A stretch of DNA of 60,104 nt, the filler included, from Sluysia triapertura (lineage: Eukaryota): the NCBI GenBank assembly GCA_046118255.1. It is 4 parts of 4 records of this genome, joined end to end, with 100 filler letters (N's around TTAATTAATTAA, not from the genome) between each part and the next. Parts side by side here need not be neighbours in the genome. Positions count along the whole stretch, not along the records: positions 17,229 to 36,278 come from JBJNIA010100879.1; positions 36,379 to 48,490 come from JBJNIA010138392.1; 2 more parts are not named here. One strand, 5' to 3'. Of the stretch, positions 25,229-37,470 are shown in pieces; the first letter of the stretch is position 1; every line of letters starts with the position of its first letter. Position numbers and translations under genes: made by a program. Below the pieces are notes generated by a model. That model saw nothing but the letters and a program-made list of their open reading frames with translations, was not told the DNA's origin and searched no databases.

Positions 25229-26531
25229 ATGGTTCATAATCACAGACACAATAGGTACCGTAATGACGATCGACATAAAGCTGTTCGTAAAAGTAGGCCT
25301 AAATCTATAGATAAAAAGAGGTTCAACCTGAATAATCAAAATGATGGGACAAATCGTTACAATAATAAAAGAAAAAGTGATTCCCATTTTGATAGATCAT
25401 ATGATCGATGTAAACGGCGCAAATCCAATGATTGTAGTTATACTGATCGAAAACGATATAATTCACGCTCATCGAGTCGTTGCAGGAATTTGTCGTACAG
25501 GCGCCATAGATCGAGAACAAATTCGCAAATAAATGAACAAAACCAAATCGAAAAATTGGATCAGCTTCGTGCAAATTTAGTATCGATTCGAAACAGATTT
25601 AAGAATGCTTCTCCTAAGCCACCGTCAAAATCTGTTTATGATAAATTTGTGTTAATTCCTGAATTAATTCCTTTACCAGAAGAAAATAAAAAACGAAAAA
25701 AGAAAAAATCTAAAGCAAATGATAAAGCATTAAATAAGAAAGATAATAGTTTAAAAACTGAAAACGATGTTTCAAATGGTATAAAAAATCCGGAATCTAA
25801 CATTAATGTAGATGAAATAAAAATGAATTACTTCAAACACTTGAGTGAAACCTTGAATAATTTAAAGTCGGCTCTTGGTGGAAATCTCACGAACACCCGT
25901 GAAATTTCTGATCAAGAAGTTGAAATTTGTGGTGGTAAATTGTTCGATAGTGCTAAAACTCGTCGTACACGTTCCAAGACATTAGAAACAGTAGGGTTTT
26001 GCAGTGAAGCTAGCTATTCTCGATCAATGATGGATGAAAGTTCTAATGTCGACAGTATCAAATGTGATTTGTCTTTAGATGGGTTAGTGCGACGAAACTG
26101 ATTTTGAAAGTTTAATGATAATGATTTTAAAATTCAGTATCGTTAATGGAAATAGTGCCTCGTGTCCACAAGTACTTTGGCTGCGACCTTTTTCAAATTC
26201 TGTTCCTCTGTATGACTTCTGGAGTGTCTTGAGTCGCAATTTTCGCTGTGCGTGTCGAATTCGGATTGCCGATACCTCGACTGACGTAGATAATCACGTT
26301 CATTTTCCAGTTCATTCACCTGCTTGCGATCAGTCTACTTGCCTTTTCCAACAACTTGGTGTTCTTTGTGATCCTTCATTGTGTCATACTCAACTTCTCT
26401 GTTCTAATCATCATTCTTGGAACATCGAGCCTTCCGAATTCTTGAAGTTGTACTATGACCGGAAACGAAAACGCTGGAAAATAAAGTCCACTGTTATCAT
26501 TCATAAGTTAGTTTTCAAAGGTTTATTTTAG
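25229..26531 (+). CDS. Two-exon Arg/Ser/Lys-rich protein with a Cys/His-rich C-terminal domain, possibly nuclear or RNA-associated
   Basis: ATG at 25229; exon to 26082; 55-bp intron 26083-26137 (GTTAGT...TTCAG, phase 2) joins in frame to exon 26138-26531 (GIVNGNSASCPQVLWLRPF...). RS/RD-rich N-terminus and an NLS-like KKRKKKK. Confidence 0.75.
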
Positions 26532-27124
26532 TTTGATAAATTATAGAGTAGATTTATTTTTTGATTTAGTATCTGAATTTATCAACAAATCCACTTTGTC
26601 TTTCATGTAAGTGGTTTGTAAGGTAGTTTTATTTTAGAAATAGATCAAAATTTAAATTAAAATAATAATTTGTCACGCTAATAACTTTGCTTAAAGGTTT
26701 CATGATCTTAAGTGAATTTACATTTTTCGGCATGAGTTGGTAACATTACTTATCTTATGGTTGATAATCTTATATAATATTCGTTAAGATTTATTAATGA
26801 ACGCGTCAATGACTCCGTGTAATATTTTTAAATTGTTTGAGTCACGAAACTCCGTTAATTTGATTAAAATTTGGTTTATGTTTTTAGATTTTAATTTTTT
26901 ATTGGGACATTGTGGCTTCAAATTAATTTTTATTAACTTTATATAAAATAACAAAATTTTAAAAGTAAAAAATGAATATTTATGAACATCTAAAATTTTA
27001 TTTATAACATGAAAATTAAGAATTTTATTGTTTATAAAGTTCGATTTCTGCATATAATTTTTACAGATAAAATACCTTTAATGTAATAGCAAAAAAATCT
27101 ACTTTATTATTATTACAGATAACA

Positions 27125-27267
27125 TTTATGTCTTGTAGTAGAGTTGTAGGAGTGTAAGCAGAGGACTTTGTTGTTTGAATACCAATATCAGCCAACAAAT
27201 CATGTAGTCTATTGTGATGTGTCGATCGGATCCTATGGTCGATGTTACATTCTTGTAGTTCATTGAC
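27125..27267 (-). mobile_element. Possible LTR-retrotransposon integrase fragment
   Basis: RIRST...LHDLLADIGIQTTKSSAYTP resembles the rve-core GI...S.AY.P segment; short GC-richer island. Confidence 0.35.
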
Positions 27268-27520
27268 TTGTGAATTTTTATTTTTCTTTTCTTTAAAAAT
27301 ATTTTCTAATGAAATATGTCTTATAAGACCGTTATTATCTATTATCTATTCTTAACTTAGACTTACTTATAATCTTAGCTTATAAGTTCAATCAAGGGAC
27401 TTATAAATACTTAAAAACTTAGTACTTAATAAATGTAATGTTTGATGCTATGTCCCAATTCGGATCCAAAATTTGCTAAGAAACCAAACCTTCCCAATAT
27501 TTTTCAGAAAATGTAATTGA

Positions 27521-29157
27521 CCTATAAGTCGCACCATTAAAATACAAAATCTAAGATGCTGGTCCCTGTATTAAATATTTCTACTTAGAAATACTCTACT
27601 GGTGATTCTGCGGAATATAATATTTCCCAAATTAAATTAAGTAGTAATGATATATTAAAAAGAACACTTTAACATATCAGTAAATAAGTATAAATATAAA
27701 AATACAATTTAACTAAAATATTAACCAATGATAATAACTAATTATTAGTTTTCTAAGAATCCATCACAATTTCATCATACTAATAATTCATATGGTTACT
27801 TCATCTTAATCTGCAGCTTGATTTTCAGTTGCCCGTTCACTTTCTGCGCCAGAATCATGAATTATGCCTGCTTTAATAAAGACTTTGATGATTGTTGATT
27901 TGGGGATGCTATTCCAAACATCACGAATCCATTCAGTTATTGTCACATAAACCACTCTTCGCTGTCTACCTTTTCTAGTAAAACTATGATTCACTGAGAT
28001 CATCCACTCTTCCCAAGTTTTTCTTAATTTGGTTTTAAATGATCTGTTGACTGAAATATCAAGAGGTTGAAGAATTTTGGTCAAGCTACCAGGGATGACA
28101 GTTAAAACAGTATTGGTGCTTGATTTACTAATGATTTCACTTCATCAGTTAAATGAGCGCGCATTGAATCGCAAACAAGCATTGAGGACGATGCATGAAA
28201 GAACCCACCTGGTCTTCTAACAAAAACTTCTCTCAACCATGTCCGCATTAATTCCTCATCCATCCAGCCCTTTTCATTCGCTTTCAATATAACTCCAGCA
28301 GGAAATTTACCTTTAGGCAATGGTTTCCTTTTAAAAATTACCATTGGTGGCAACTTTATTCTGCTTGAAGAGCAGGCTAAAACAATAGTACATGAAGTTT
28401 TTTCATTTCCTGTTGTCATAATTGGAGCTGAATTGACTCCAACTTCTTCAATGGCATATCAAAAGGTATGTGCACTTCATCCATATTGAAAATGCAATCA
28501 TGATGTATACCATTCTCTGTGATTTTCTTCTGACAAAATTCACGGAATATTCTGGCCTTTTCTTCAAAATCGGCAGGAAGACATTGGGACAAAGTGGTTT
28601 TATATTGAATCGAAAGATTATTTCGTTTCATGAACCTGGTGCACCAAGATTATGCTCGGAGAAATTCATAATTCCATTTCCTTGGCCAATATTTTGGCTT
28701 TAGCCGCATAGAGACTGTTGAGATACTTCTGCCGACTGATCGCATTTCCATGATCCAATGCTTGAGATCGTCTTCAAGCTTTGGCCATCTTGGAGTGTTT
28801 CCACGAAAGCTTTTACATGACTTTTTGGTTTGTCTTAGTTCATCATCTTGTTTTCTGCATCTTCTAATCATTGATTCATCGACATTGAATTCTATTGCGG
28901 CTTTCCGATTACCATTTAATTACCACTTTAATTAATTTTAATTTCCACTCTGTGATGTATGAAGATCATTTCATGGCGAATAAAAATTGAACTATTATAA
29001 TTTATTATTAGAAATTTAAAATATTTAAACAAATATATCACACAATGACGAGGTAGTTTATTAGAATAGGACTTTAAACATCAACGTATAAGCCGCACCC
29101 CCTAAATTATGACCCTTTTTAAGTTTTTGGGTGCGACTTATAGTCCGGAAAATACGG
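27521..29157 (-). mobile_element. pogo/Tigger-family DNA transposon with a frameshifted transposase
   Basis: Four consecutive minus ORFs: Brinker-like DBD (AAIEFNVDESMIRR), CENP-B-type HTH (PRWPKLEDDLKHWI...FMKRNNLS) and DDE_1 core (IFNMDE, TTGNEK, LPPMVIFK, GWMDEE, CDSMRAH, LQPLDISVN). End TA-CCGTATTTTCCGGACTATAAGTCGCACC at 29159; subterminal TATAAGTCGCACC at ~27523. Confidence 0.92.
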
Positions 29158-29696
29158 TATATGATATAACAACTTCGTTATAATTACCTTCCTAACTAAT
29201 TTAACTTTATAATAATGGACATGTATTTGATCTTATACTGTGATTGGATAACTAGTTTTCTCTATAAATAGTTTTACACAAGCTATACTCTAGTTTTATC
29301 CATGCTAGTTAGTATTTATTTGTGCATATTACTATTCGCTTTAGCTATTATTTCCAAGTTTTATTGGTGCTTTATTCTGCAGATGATTTTGTTTTCTAAT
29401 TAATTGAACCGAATTTCGACCTCTTGCTTTAAATGTCAGATTTTTAAAGGTTTTTCTAAGTGCTTTTTGATTGATTCTAATTAAATATAGCTTTTCTATA
29501 AGTATTTTAGACATTTTAAAGCAAATTCCATACATTGATTTTTAATTTTATCGTTAAATTGAAAATTAATTTCAAATATATCTCATCATCATCATAAAAA
29601 TAATCCTATCTGAAAAATGATTTCACAACTTCTTTAAATTTGGTAATTTTAATCCACACATTTATGATAGACAAGTCAAAATCAAATATAACTAAC

Positions 29697-29936
29697 GCTG
29701 ACAACTTCCCGTACTATCTCGAATGTAATCTGAGATGCAGTTACATTGATAACTACCAACAGTGTCACTGCAAACTTCATTAGTACCACAAAGAGTACCA
29801 ATGGCCGATACACATTCATTTATGTTGTTACATTTAGAGACACCGTCACCTTGGAAACCATTCTTACAACGACATTGTCCCATATGACATTCACCGTTAC
29901 TGTGACATTCATTATCACGTCGACATGGTGTATTTA
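29697..29936 (-). CDS. Isolated exon encoding an EGF-like plus a calcium-binding EGF domain
   Basis: 240-nt phase 1-1 exon flanked by TTCAG and GTTAGT: CRRDNECHSNGECHMGQCRCKNGFQGDGVSKCNNINECVSAIGTLCGTNEVCSDTVGSYQCNCISDYIRDSTGSCQ. Confidence 0.9.
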
Positions 29937-30300
29937 CTGAATTTAACAAAAATAAATACAAAATAACTATTTAGTACTAATTAGAAAATATGACACACAA
30001 TTTTTATTATTGTACGTTTTGGATGATGAAATGGAAAGCTTTACAAAACATGTTACATTTATATCAATTCTTTTATAAAATAATTCTTAAAATGAAATTA
30101 TGTCTACCAGAACCTAATATCATTTTTTGCACACCAGAATCGTTTATTCTTATAGTTAATTGAGAAATGAAATAAAATCTAAATATGTGATTCAGTAATA
30201 TCGTTTCTCCTCAAACATTTCGCTTGGTTGTCCAGAATTATCATTAGTAGAATTTTCAATTTAGAAACACAGCACTCTTGCAAAAAACATCCATATATGA

Positions 30301-30790
30301 TTAACCCTTTAAGTACGGATTTGCTTTTTGCGTAACTTCCGTGACAACCGGATAGCATTAGTAAGCATTCTGATGAATTTCTTGTTTTATTAGCCGAATA
30401 ACACTTATTGCTGCTGCATTTGTGTTGAGTATACGATGTTTATTTACATTATCACTTGGCTATATCAGCTGTATACAGTATGATAGGATATTTTAGATTG
30501 GTTTGTATCACATCTACCCCGTACCTAGAATTATGGAAGTCATAAACTATGCTTCATTACTTTCATTCAGATTTATGTCAACCGTTACCGTTATTTTTAT
30601 ACTACGGGTACACCATCAATTTCTTGCGATTTTCCCACATCAAAAGAATACTTGAATGAAATAGAGAGTAGTGATCGCAGTAATACTAGCAGTGACAATG
30701 ATGATGAAACAGTGATCGGCAATTTTACTTGGCAAATGTGAACAATTTCACAACGGATTTTGTTTGTCTCCTTAGAATGCGACATTTCGA
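30301..30790 (+). mobile_element. Possible piggyBac-like left end with an acidic N-terminal relic
   Basis: TTAA-CCCTTTAAGTACGG start, GC-richer stretch and acidic SSDRSNTSSDNDDE...FTW segment; no matching right end found. Confidence 0.3.
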
Positions 30791-30948
30791 AATATTTGCA
30801 TTGATAATTATTTTTTTAATGTTCAAAAATAACTAATCAAAATGATTTATAATAACAAATGCTATCTTAATTTATTTAAAAAGTGATAATTATTTATTTA
30901 AATTTATTTAAAGTTTATTTAAAATTTAACCGATAATTTTATTATTAA

Positions 30949-30949
<1 letters not shown>

Positions 30950-31017
<68 letters not shown>
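30950..31017. repeat. (ATT)n microsatellite
   Basis: About 22 contiguous ATT units. Confidence 0.95.
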
Positions 31018-31019
<2 letters not shown>

Positions 31020-33017
31020 TTTAAGGATATAAGTGTTACTCCGGATCCAATTGTAGAACAGGTTCTTAACAAAATACATTTGATTTTAAATTGAAAATTA
31101 TATAAATATAAATTAGATATACGAGAATTACTAAAATAAACTTTCATTAATTTGCCTATATACATTTTGAAAAGTTTAATATAAGAAAAATGTGATACTG
31201 AACTAAAGAGCAATAAAGAAATATTAGGTTGCCATCACAACCATTCTAATTTGAAATAATAATAAGTAATCAACATAATTGTAAAAAATCGGAAAATAAT
31301 AATAATTGGAAAATAATAAAAATTTAATGATAATAATAATGAAATAAGGCTAAGATAAATATTTTTCTCCAATTGGTTGAGAACTAGTGTATATAGTTCT
31401 AGTTTCTCAATTTTCAGAATATGAAATTCACTATATAAAATTTACAATAATAATGAATATATTAAACAAAATTTAATTTATTTTAAAAAAATTAATTTTG
31501 TTGAATTTTATTTATGTGCAATATTTATCTTTATACGATTTGTTATATTTTATTAAACTTAGATAATTCAACAATTAAATTATTAACTTTTTGTAATGTG
31601 AAATTAGATGCTATTTAGAAATTTTGTTTTGTGTATTCGTAAATGATTATTGTACCTTCTCATTTGTTTGACAAGATTTTGTGACAGCTATTTTTGTTTA
31701 CTATTTCCGTAATCTATTCAATGTCTTAACAATTTTTAGAATAAGTTTCATATTTGGTGCAAAAAAAGTTTAAAAAGATCCAAGTAAGCTTGTAAGGTGA
31801 TATGTGGAGTTAAGTGAAGGTGCTAATGCTTACTGTAATGGTTTAATAAATATTCTTAATTTATGTTTCGTGCTTAAATAAAGGCATAAATGAATTAATG
31901 ATAATTGTTTGCACTTATTTAAATAATAAATTATGAGAAATAATATTAAATACTAAACTGTCAAAGTCCTTTTCGTGTTATATTAGTTAAATTATATTTA
32001 TAATTTGATTTCAGTAGACATTAATGATTCAAAACCCTCATACAATATTGTAAATGTAAAATTTTGTAAAATTATTTATGCAATAATTTTGTGATAAAAT
32101 TATGTGATAAAATTATTTACAAGTTATTTCATTAAAAATTTTAAAAAATATAATAAATATTTTAGTTAGATTGAAATTACTATCATGTGAATATTATTAT
32201 TGTTTAAAAAATTATTATTATTATAACTATTATTTAAAATATTATTGTTTATATGATTGTTTTAAATATAGCAAAAAACCATAAATAGGTACAAGTATTA
32301 AAAGTTAATTATTTTAAAGAATTTTTAAGAAGGCATATTTAAAGAAAAATATTTTTAAATCTTCAAGATTTATTTGAAGAAAGATATAGATTTTTAACAT
32401 TAAGTTAATTTTAATTTTCATAAAATACGCATAATTTTAGAAAAGAAATAATATTCAGTAATTTTTAATTACAACATAAATTTGATTTATTAAATTGAAT
32501 CAGTTTCATATTAATATCATTAAACTTTATTGTTTTTTTACGATTCGCAACGTTTACACAAATTTGATAAAATTAAAATTATTAAATCCTACTTTATTGT
32601 GCTTGTGATGTAACTTTAAATTACGATTCCATAGCGTTTAAATTTTGTTTAATATTTCTATGACAACTGATTATCTAAAATTTTTTGAACTGACATTTTT
32701 ATGTTTTGTGATCCAATTTTGAATCAATATTTACGAATTAGCATTTTATTAATCGTATTTCGTATTAATAAATAGTTATATAGTCTTTCAGTCTTCTAAT
32801 AAAGAGTATTATATATAATAACACAGATATATTTTTTAATAAAATACTTATTAACATTTTCGCATCTTTGCATCGTGAATGTACGCCACCTATTTTAAAA
32901 ATAATAATAAATTTAAAAGTACTTAATTGTAATACAAATTAGAACCGGGAAATAAGCAAAACCGATAACAAATACAAATATAAACCTCCAGTTTTTGTTT
33001 TTCTTTAAAGCTGCGAA

Positions 33018-33067
33018 TCTATGTGCTGGCCCTTCCATGAGTAAGTCCAGTATCATAGAGAACTTAC
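33018..33067 (-). repeat. Conserved hairpin family, copy 3
   Basis: Minus strand reads GTAAGT-TC-TCTATG-ATA-CTGG-ACTT-ACTCATGG-AAGGG-CCAG-CA-CATAGA. Confidence 0.7.
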
Positions 33068-34483
33068 GATAAGAATAAGGCATCTAATTTAAAACGAATA
33101 TTCTTAATCACACCACATCTCCACAATATTACATTCACAAAAATAAAGCTACTAAATAAACAACAAACTTAATTGTAATTATCCATCACTTTATTATTAT
33201 CATTACTGCTACTACTCAATATTATTTCTATTTTATTTTATATTTACTATAATAATATAAGCGTATCGTTTTATTTGACTAAATATTGCCTGGATCCCTT
33301 TAATCAGTGATTGCCGGAGAATAACATTAGACGACTATCTTATCATTTACGGATTTTTGTAAGTTCTGTCTCTGTTAGGACTGATAACCCATTGATTCAA
33401 ATAGAGGTTAATCATTGTCAAATAAGGTTAAATTTGTAGTAAAGTGAAAGTTTTAAGTTATATTGAATTAAACGACTAATCTGTAAACCCATAGCAGTAA
33501 GGTTAAATAGTTGAGTCATCAAAATACACAATAGTTTAAGTTATACGAGAATACTGAATTAAACGAATAAACCAATCAGATAAGAAATTCTTATAGACCC
33601 TAACTTTGTTTTATTTCTTATAAAAACCTACGAGAATGTCGCGCTAAGCATGCATCCTTAATCGCAGGTGGACCCTGATAATAAATTAATTTGCATAAAT
33701 AGTGAAAAAACACAGAACTACGTTATTAACTATAAAGTAAAGAATAAATTGTATAATAGAGTATATATAAATGCAGTGCTATACTATAAACTATAAACTA
33801 TACTATATAAACTATTCATGTTGTGTAACAAGTGGTCACAAAAAAGGTAAAGTATATTGAGTATATTTTTTATGTGATGTTACAAAGGTAAATATCACTA
33901 ACTTGGAGTTAGATATTTATATTGAGAATTTGAATCAATTAGATGTTAAATGTTTTATTTTCACTTTAACTCATTTTATGTTGTTAACTGAAATTTACCG
34001 CAATATTTTTCAAACATTTCAGCCACGGATAATGATTTTGACTAATCATTCATAGTGAATTAGCTAAAAATAATGTGGAATAATTTGCCTCATTTTCTTA
34101 AAAAATGGAATAAATTGTTATACAATTCAATTAATTAAATATTTTCTCAATAAAACATTCAGAATTAATCGAATTAAATGCTTTTAAATTTTAATATAAT
34201 TTATGTTGTCTATATATACATATATAGATGTATGTATATATACATATAGATGTATACATATATGTGATGTATGCTTAACAGAATTTACTAAGAAATTTGT
34301 ATCTTACACATTACAATTAATTTTTGACTATAATTATAAATACATTTTTATGTTACATTTTATTATTGACGGAAATTTCTTCAATTCTATATGGTTTGTT
34401 TTTAAAATTAAGTAAATCATATAGAATCTTTGTTTATTGCATCACAATTAAAATTATTATTATTAATATTATTATTACTTTAG

Positions 34484-34800
34484 GAAGAAATTGATAGACC
34501 AGAACCCATCATTGTTAATGTTAGAAATTAATTATCAGAATTTAAATGAACTATTTACTTTTGGTTATAAATAATATATTATAATTATTGAAATATAATC
34601 ACTTTGTTATTAATATAAATCAACTTTTAAGGAAGAAATTGCTGCCTCCAAACCCATTATTATCAAAAATTAAATGAAATATATTTGTTTTAGTTACAAG
34701 TTTTGTTTATAAAAATGTATTAAAATTTTTAAATTAGTGTTAATTATACAAATTATCTTTCCAGGAAGAAACTGTGACTCCAAAATTTATCGCTGCTGAG
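34484..34800 (+). CDS. Array of tandem 36-nt phase-0 microexon candidates
   Basis: TTTAG|34484-34519 EEIDRPEPIIVN|GTTAGA; TTAAG|34632- EEIAASKPII.. (donor lost); TTCCAG|34765-34800 EETVTPKFIAAE|GTTAGA. Confidence 0.6.
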
Positions 34801-35712
34801 GTTAGATAACCAAAAAAATATTATAAATTACTTCAAAAATACGTTATTAAGTAAAAAATTCAAAGACTAACTTCAAATAACGAAACTGCATTTAAATAAC
34901 TCTGAAAGTTTTTATTTTTTATTAAAAGTTCATCAAATTGAATAATTATCATAAAGCAAAAAATAAATTTTGAACATATCTCATTCTTGTCTTTTCTTTT
35001 CCAATTTACAACTTTAATAAGATCTTCACCGTGTCATATTCATTATTGCCCTATGCTTACAACTGTAGCGGTGTTTATTTTTTCAGCAAATGATCTAAGT
35101 TTTCAAATTATTGTACATGGTTTTGGAAAAATGTATAAATATTTCCTTATATACTAACCGTCATGATGCACACATTATGAACATAATTTTTAATTGTAAA
35201 CTTTTTAACACCAATTTTTTAGCTCGTATATTTTCAGAAATACCTTCAACTTTAATATTTTCTCAACGACCTGAGACTGAGATGCATTAATCGTTTTATT
35301 AGTAAGTCTTTATTATATGCATGGACTCTTTCTGGATTTTTCGGTAAATTCAAAAATTTAATCACGTTTTGATTATACACAATAACATTAATTATTATAT
35401 AAAATATATTAAAACACTAAATTCTATTATTTATAATCTACTTGTTAGAAATATCAATTTGATAAGCATTGTATAAAATATTTTTTCAATAAACCATTAA
35501 TATTGTTTTAATGGAAGTAGATAAAATACTTCATGCATCAATAGATTGTAAAATAGAATAGCAGTTACAAAGAAGTCAAAAATTATATAAAGATGAATTA
35601 GTCGTGAAAGGCAAGCATTTATCCGGTAAATAACCTATAATCAGCGTAAGGTAATTATAGGGTGTAACACGATCTTGTATACAATTAAACCTTGTCATAA
35701 CATTTTATGTAC

Positions 35713-35802
35713 TGTTGAGGTAAAGGCCTAAAGTGTCATTTAGAATAATAATAGTATAATTGGTTATAATAAAATAAAATTGTTAGATGGACTGATAGCT
35801 CA
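35713..35802 (+). mobile_element. tRNA-like-cassette repeat, truncated within the A box
   Basis: TGTTGAGGTAAAGGCCTAAAGTG...TATAATAAAATAAAATTGTTAGATGGACTGATAGCTCA, then an abrupt switch to LINE sequence. Confidence 0.7.
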
Positions 35803-36074
35803 CGTATTCTGACCTAAGGCATAAACTCCAAGATCAACTCAAATGTGCCGTGTCCCTAGACACATTTGTAGTTGGAGCTCTTGGTTCTTGGGATCCAGAA
35901 AATGATTCTGTCCTTAAAAAGTTAGGTTTCCGTAAAGCTGATATTACTGTTTTTGCACGCCAGTTTATCAAGCTGTCCCTAGAATCTTCTTTTAATATCT
36001 ATAAAGACAATTTTTTTTACATATCCCACTTAACTATTAATTCTCTACCTTTGGGTTACCTTTTCTTTTTTTGA
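35802..36074 (+). mobile_element. 5'-truncated RLE-type non-LTR retrotransposon (NeSL/Utopia/R2-like) C-terminal fragment
   Basis: YSDLRHKLQDQLKCAVSLDTFVVGALGSWDPENDSVLKKLG...SFNIY; VGALGSWDP.ND is characteristic of the restriction-like endonuclease C-terminus of these elements. Confidence 0.8.
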
Positions 36075-36278
36075 GGTGAATAATATTATGTTTATTCCTT
36101 TCATACATTTGTTGCGTCTTTGAAGCTTATGAATTATTAAGACTCACTATTATTATCTTGATCGTTTTAAGCCCTAATAATTTAAATAGATAGTATATCA
36201 AGTATAATTTTGTCGTAATCTTATTTTATAGCTACGTCAATAACTATTATACCAACTTCAAATTTCTTGACAATTAAA

Positions 36279-36378
36279 NNNNNNNNNNNNNNNNNNNNNN
36301 NNNNNNNNNNNNNNNNNNNNNNTTAATTAATTAANNNNNNNNNNNNNNNNNNNNNNNNNNNNNNNNNNNNNNNNNNNN
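36279..36378. other. Assembly gap/linker
   Basis: N44-TTAATTAATTAA-N44. Confidence 0.98.
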
Positions 36379-36611
36379 TCGATTGACGTAGGCGAACCCA
36401 AATTATAAACAAATTTGTATTTTATAATTGTTCAGGTAGAAATAAAACCGAACATAAAATACAATCATGAAATGTATCAATATTATGAACACCAAGACAG
36501 TGTGAAATACGACAACATAGATAACGTAAAATCATCATTTTAATTAATGTTTTTTATTATATAGTTAAATTTTTACTTATTATAATGAGCATACATTATA
36601 AAAGTATATAC

Positions 36612-36720
36612 CACACTAATGCTCATTAGAGATCATTCTAAATATGTTATTGAATTGACACATGATGTACCTTTAACGTGTTGCATATTGTATCAAAATT
36701 TATTATTAAAAACTAGTTTT
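36612..36720 (+). repeat. Dispersed repeat family C
   Basis: TAATGCTCATTAGAGATC...TTATTGAA.TTGAC...TTTAACG...ATTGTATCAAAA, shared with 48591-48690 and more weakly with 18170-18245. Confidence 0.65.
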
Positions 36721-36789
36721 ATATATTATTAGATTTTTATTTAATTTGTTGTGTCTTTTATACTTTTTTATTTTACATATTATCAATAA

Positions 36790-37470
36790 GAAACTCAATG
36801 ATTAAACAAATTCAAATCTCGATATATTCTTTGAATTATCACAAAATTACAACTGATAGATATAAATTATTCTTTATAACAACAACAATACAAAGTACTC
36901 TTTTTGAAAAAATACAAATTATTCTCTATAACAAATTATAAATTATTCTTTATGACAACATAAATTACTCTCTAAAGACAAATCACAACCAGGCGTGACA
37001 CAACTTAAATCTTCGCGCCCGTATTAATATAAAACACAATCAATACAAATTAATTCACTAACCTTTATTCCTACATTATACTAAACTATTTGATTTTAGC
37101 TGATTGCTAAATAAATAACTTCAGTTCCACCGTTATCCACTGATGAACTAGAAAGTTTCCTTTAATCTTCTTAAGCCTTAGCTCTATATCTTTTCTTTTT
37201 TCTAACTTCATGCAAAAATGTAATTGCTTATATAGCAGTTTATGAAGCTTTTAGGAAATTAAAAATCAGAAATTGAACAAGGCGGAAATTAAAGCTGTCT
37301 ATTATCTTTTACTCGGTAATAAGCCGACTAATTTCGACGATTAAATGTTGACAGCAATTTCTGTCTATTTTCAACTTCATTATCATTCCAATTATTTAAA
37401 GATAATGGAATTTGTGGCAAACAAATCCCCTTATCTTCTTAATATCATCTAATTAAAATTTAAAATCACA
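36790..37470 (-). repeat. Dispersed repeat family A copy
   Basis: Long collinear match to 10660-11230 and the reverse complement of 18250-18920. Confidence 0.8.

Noticed and set aside
28470-28935. Plus-strand ORFs
   Set aside because: Antisense shadows of the pogo transposase.
30926-31213. Poly-Asn ORF
   Set aside because: Translation of an (AAT)n microsatellite; no other coding signal.
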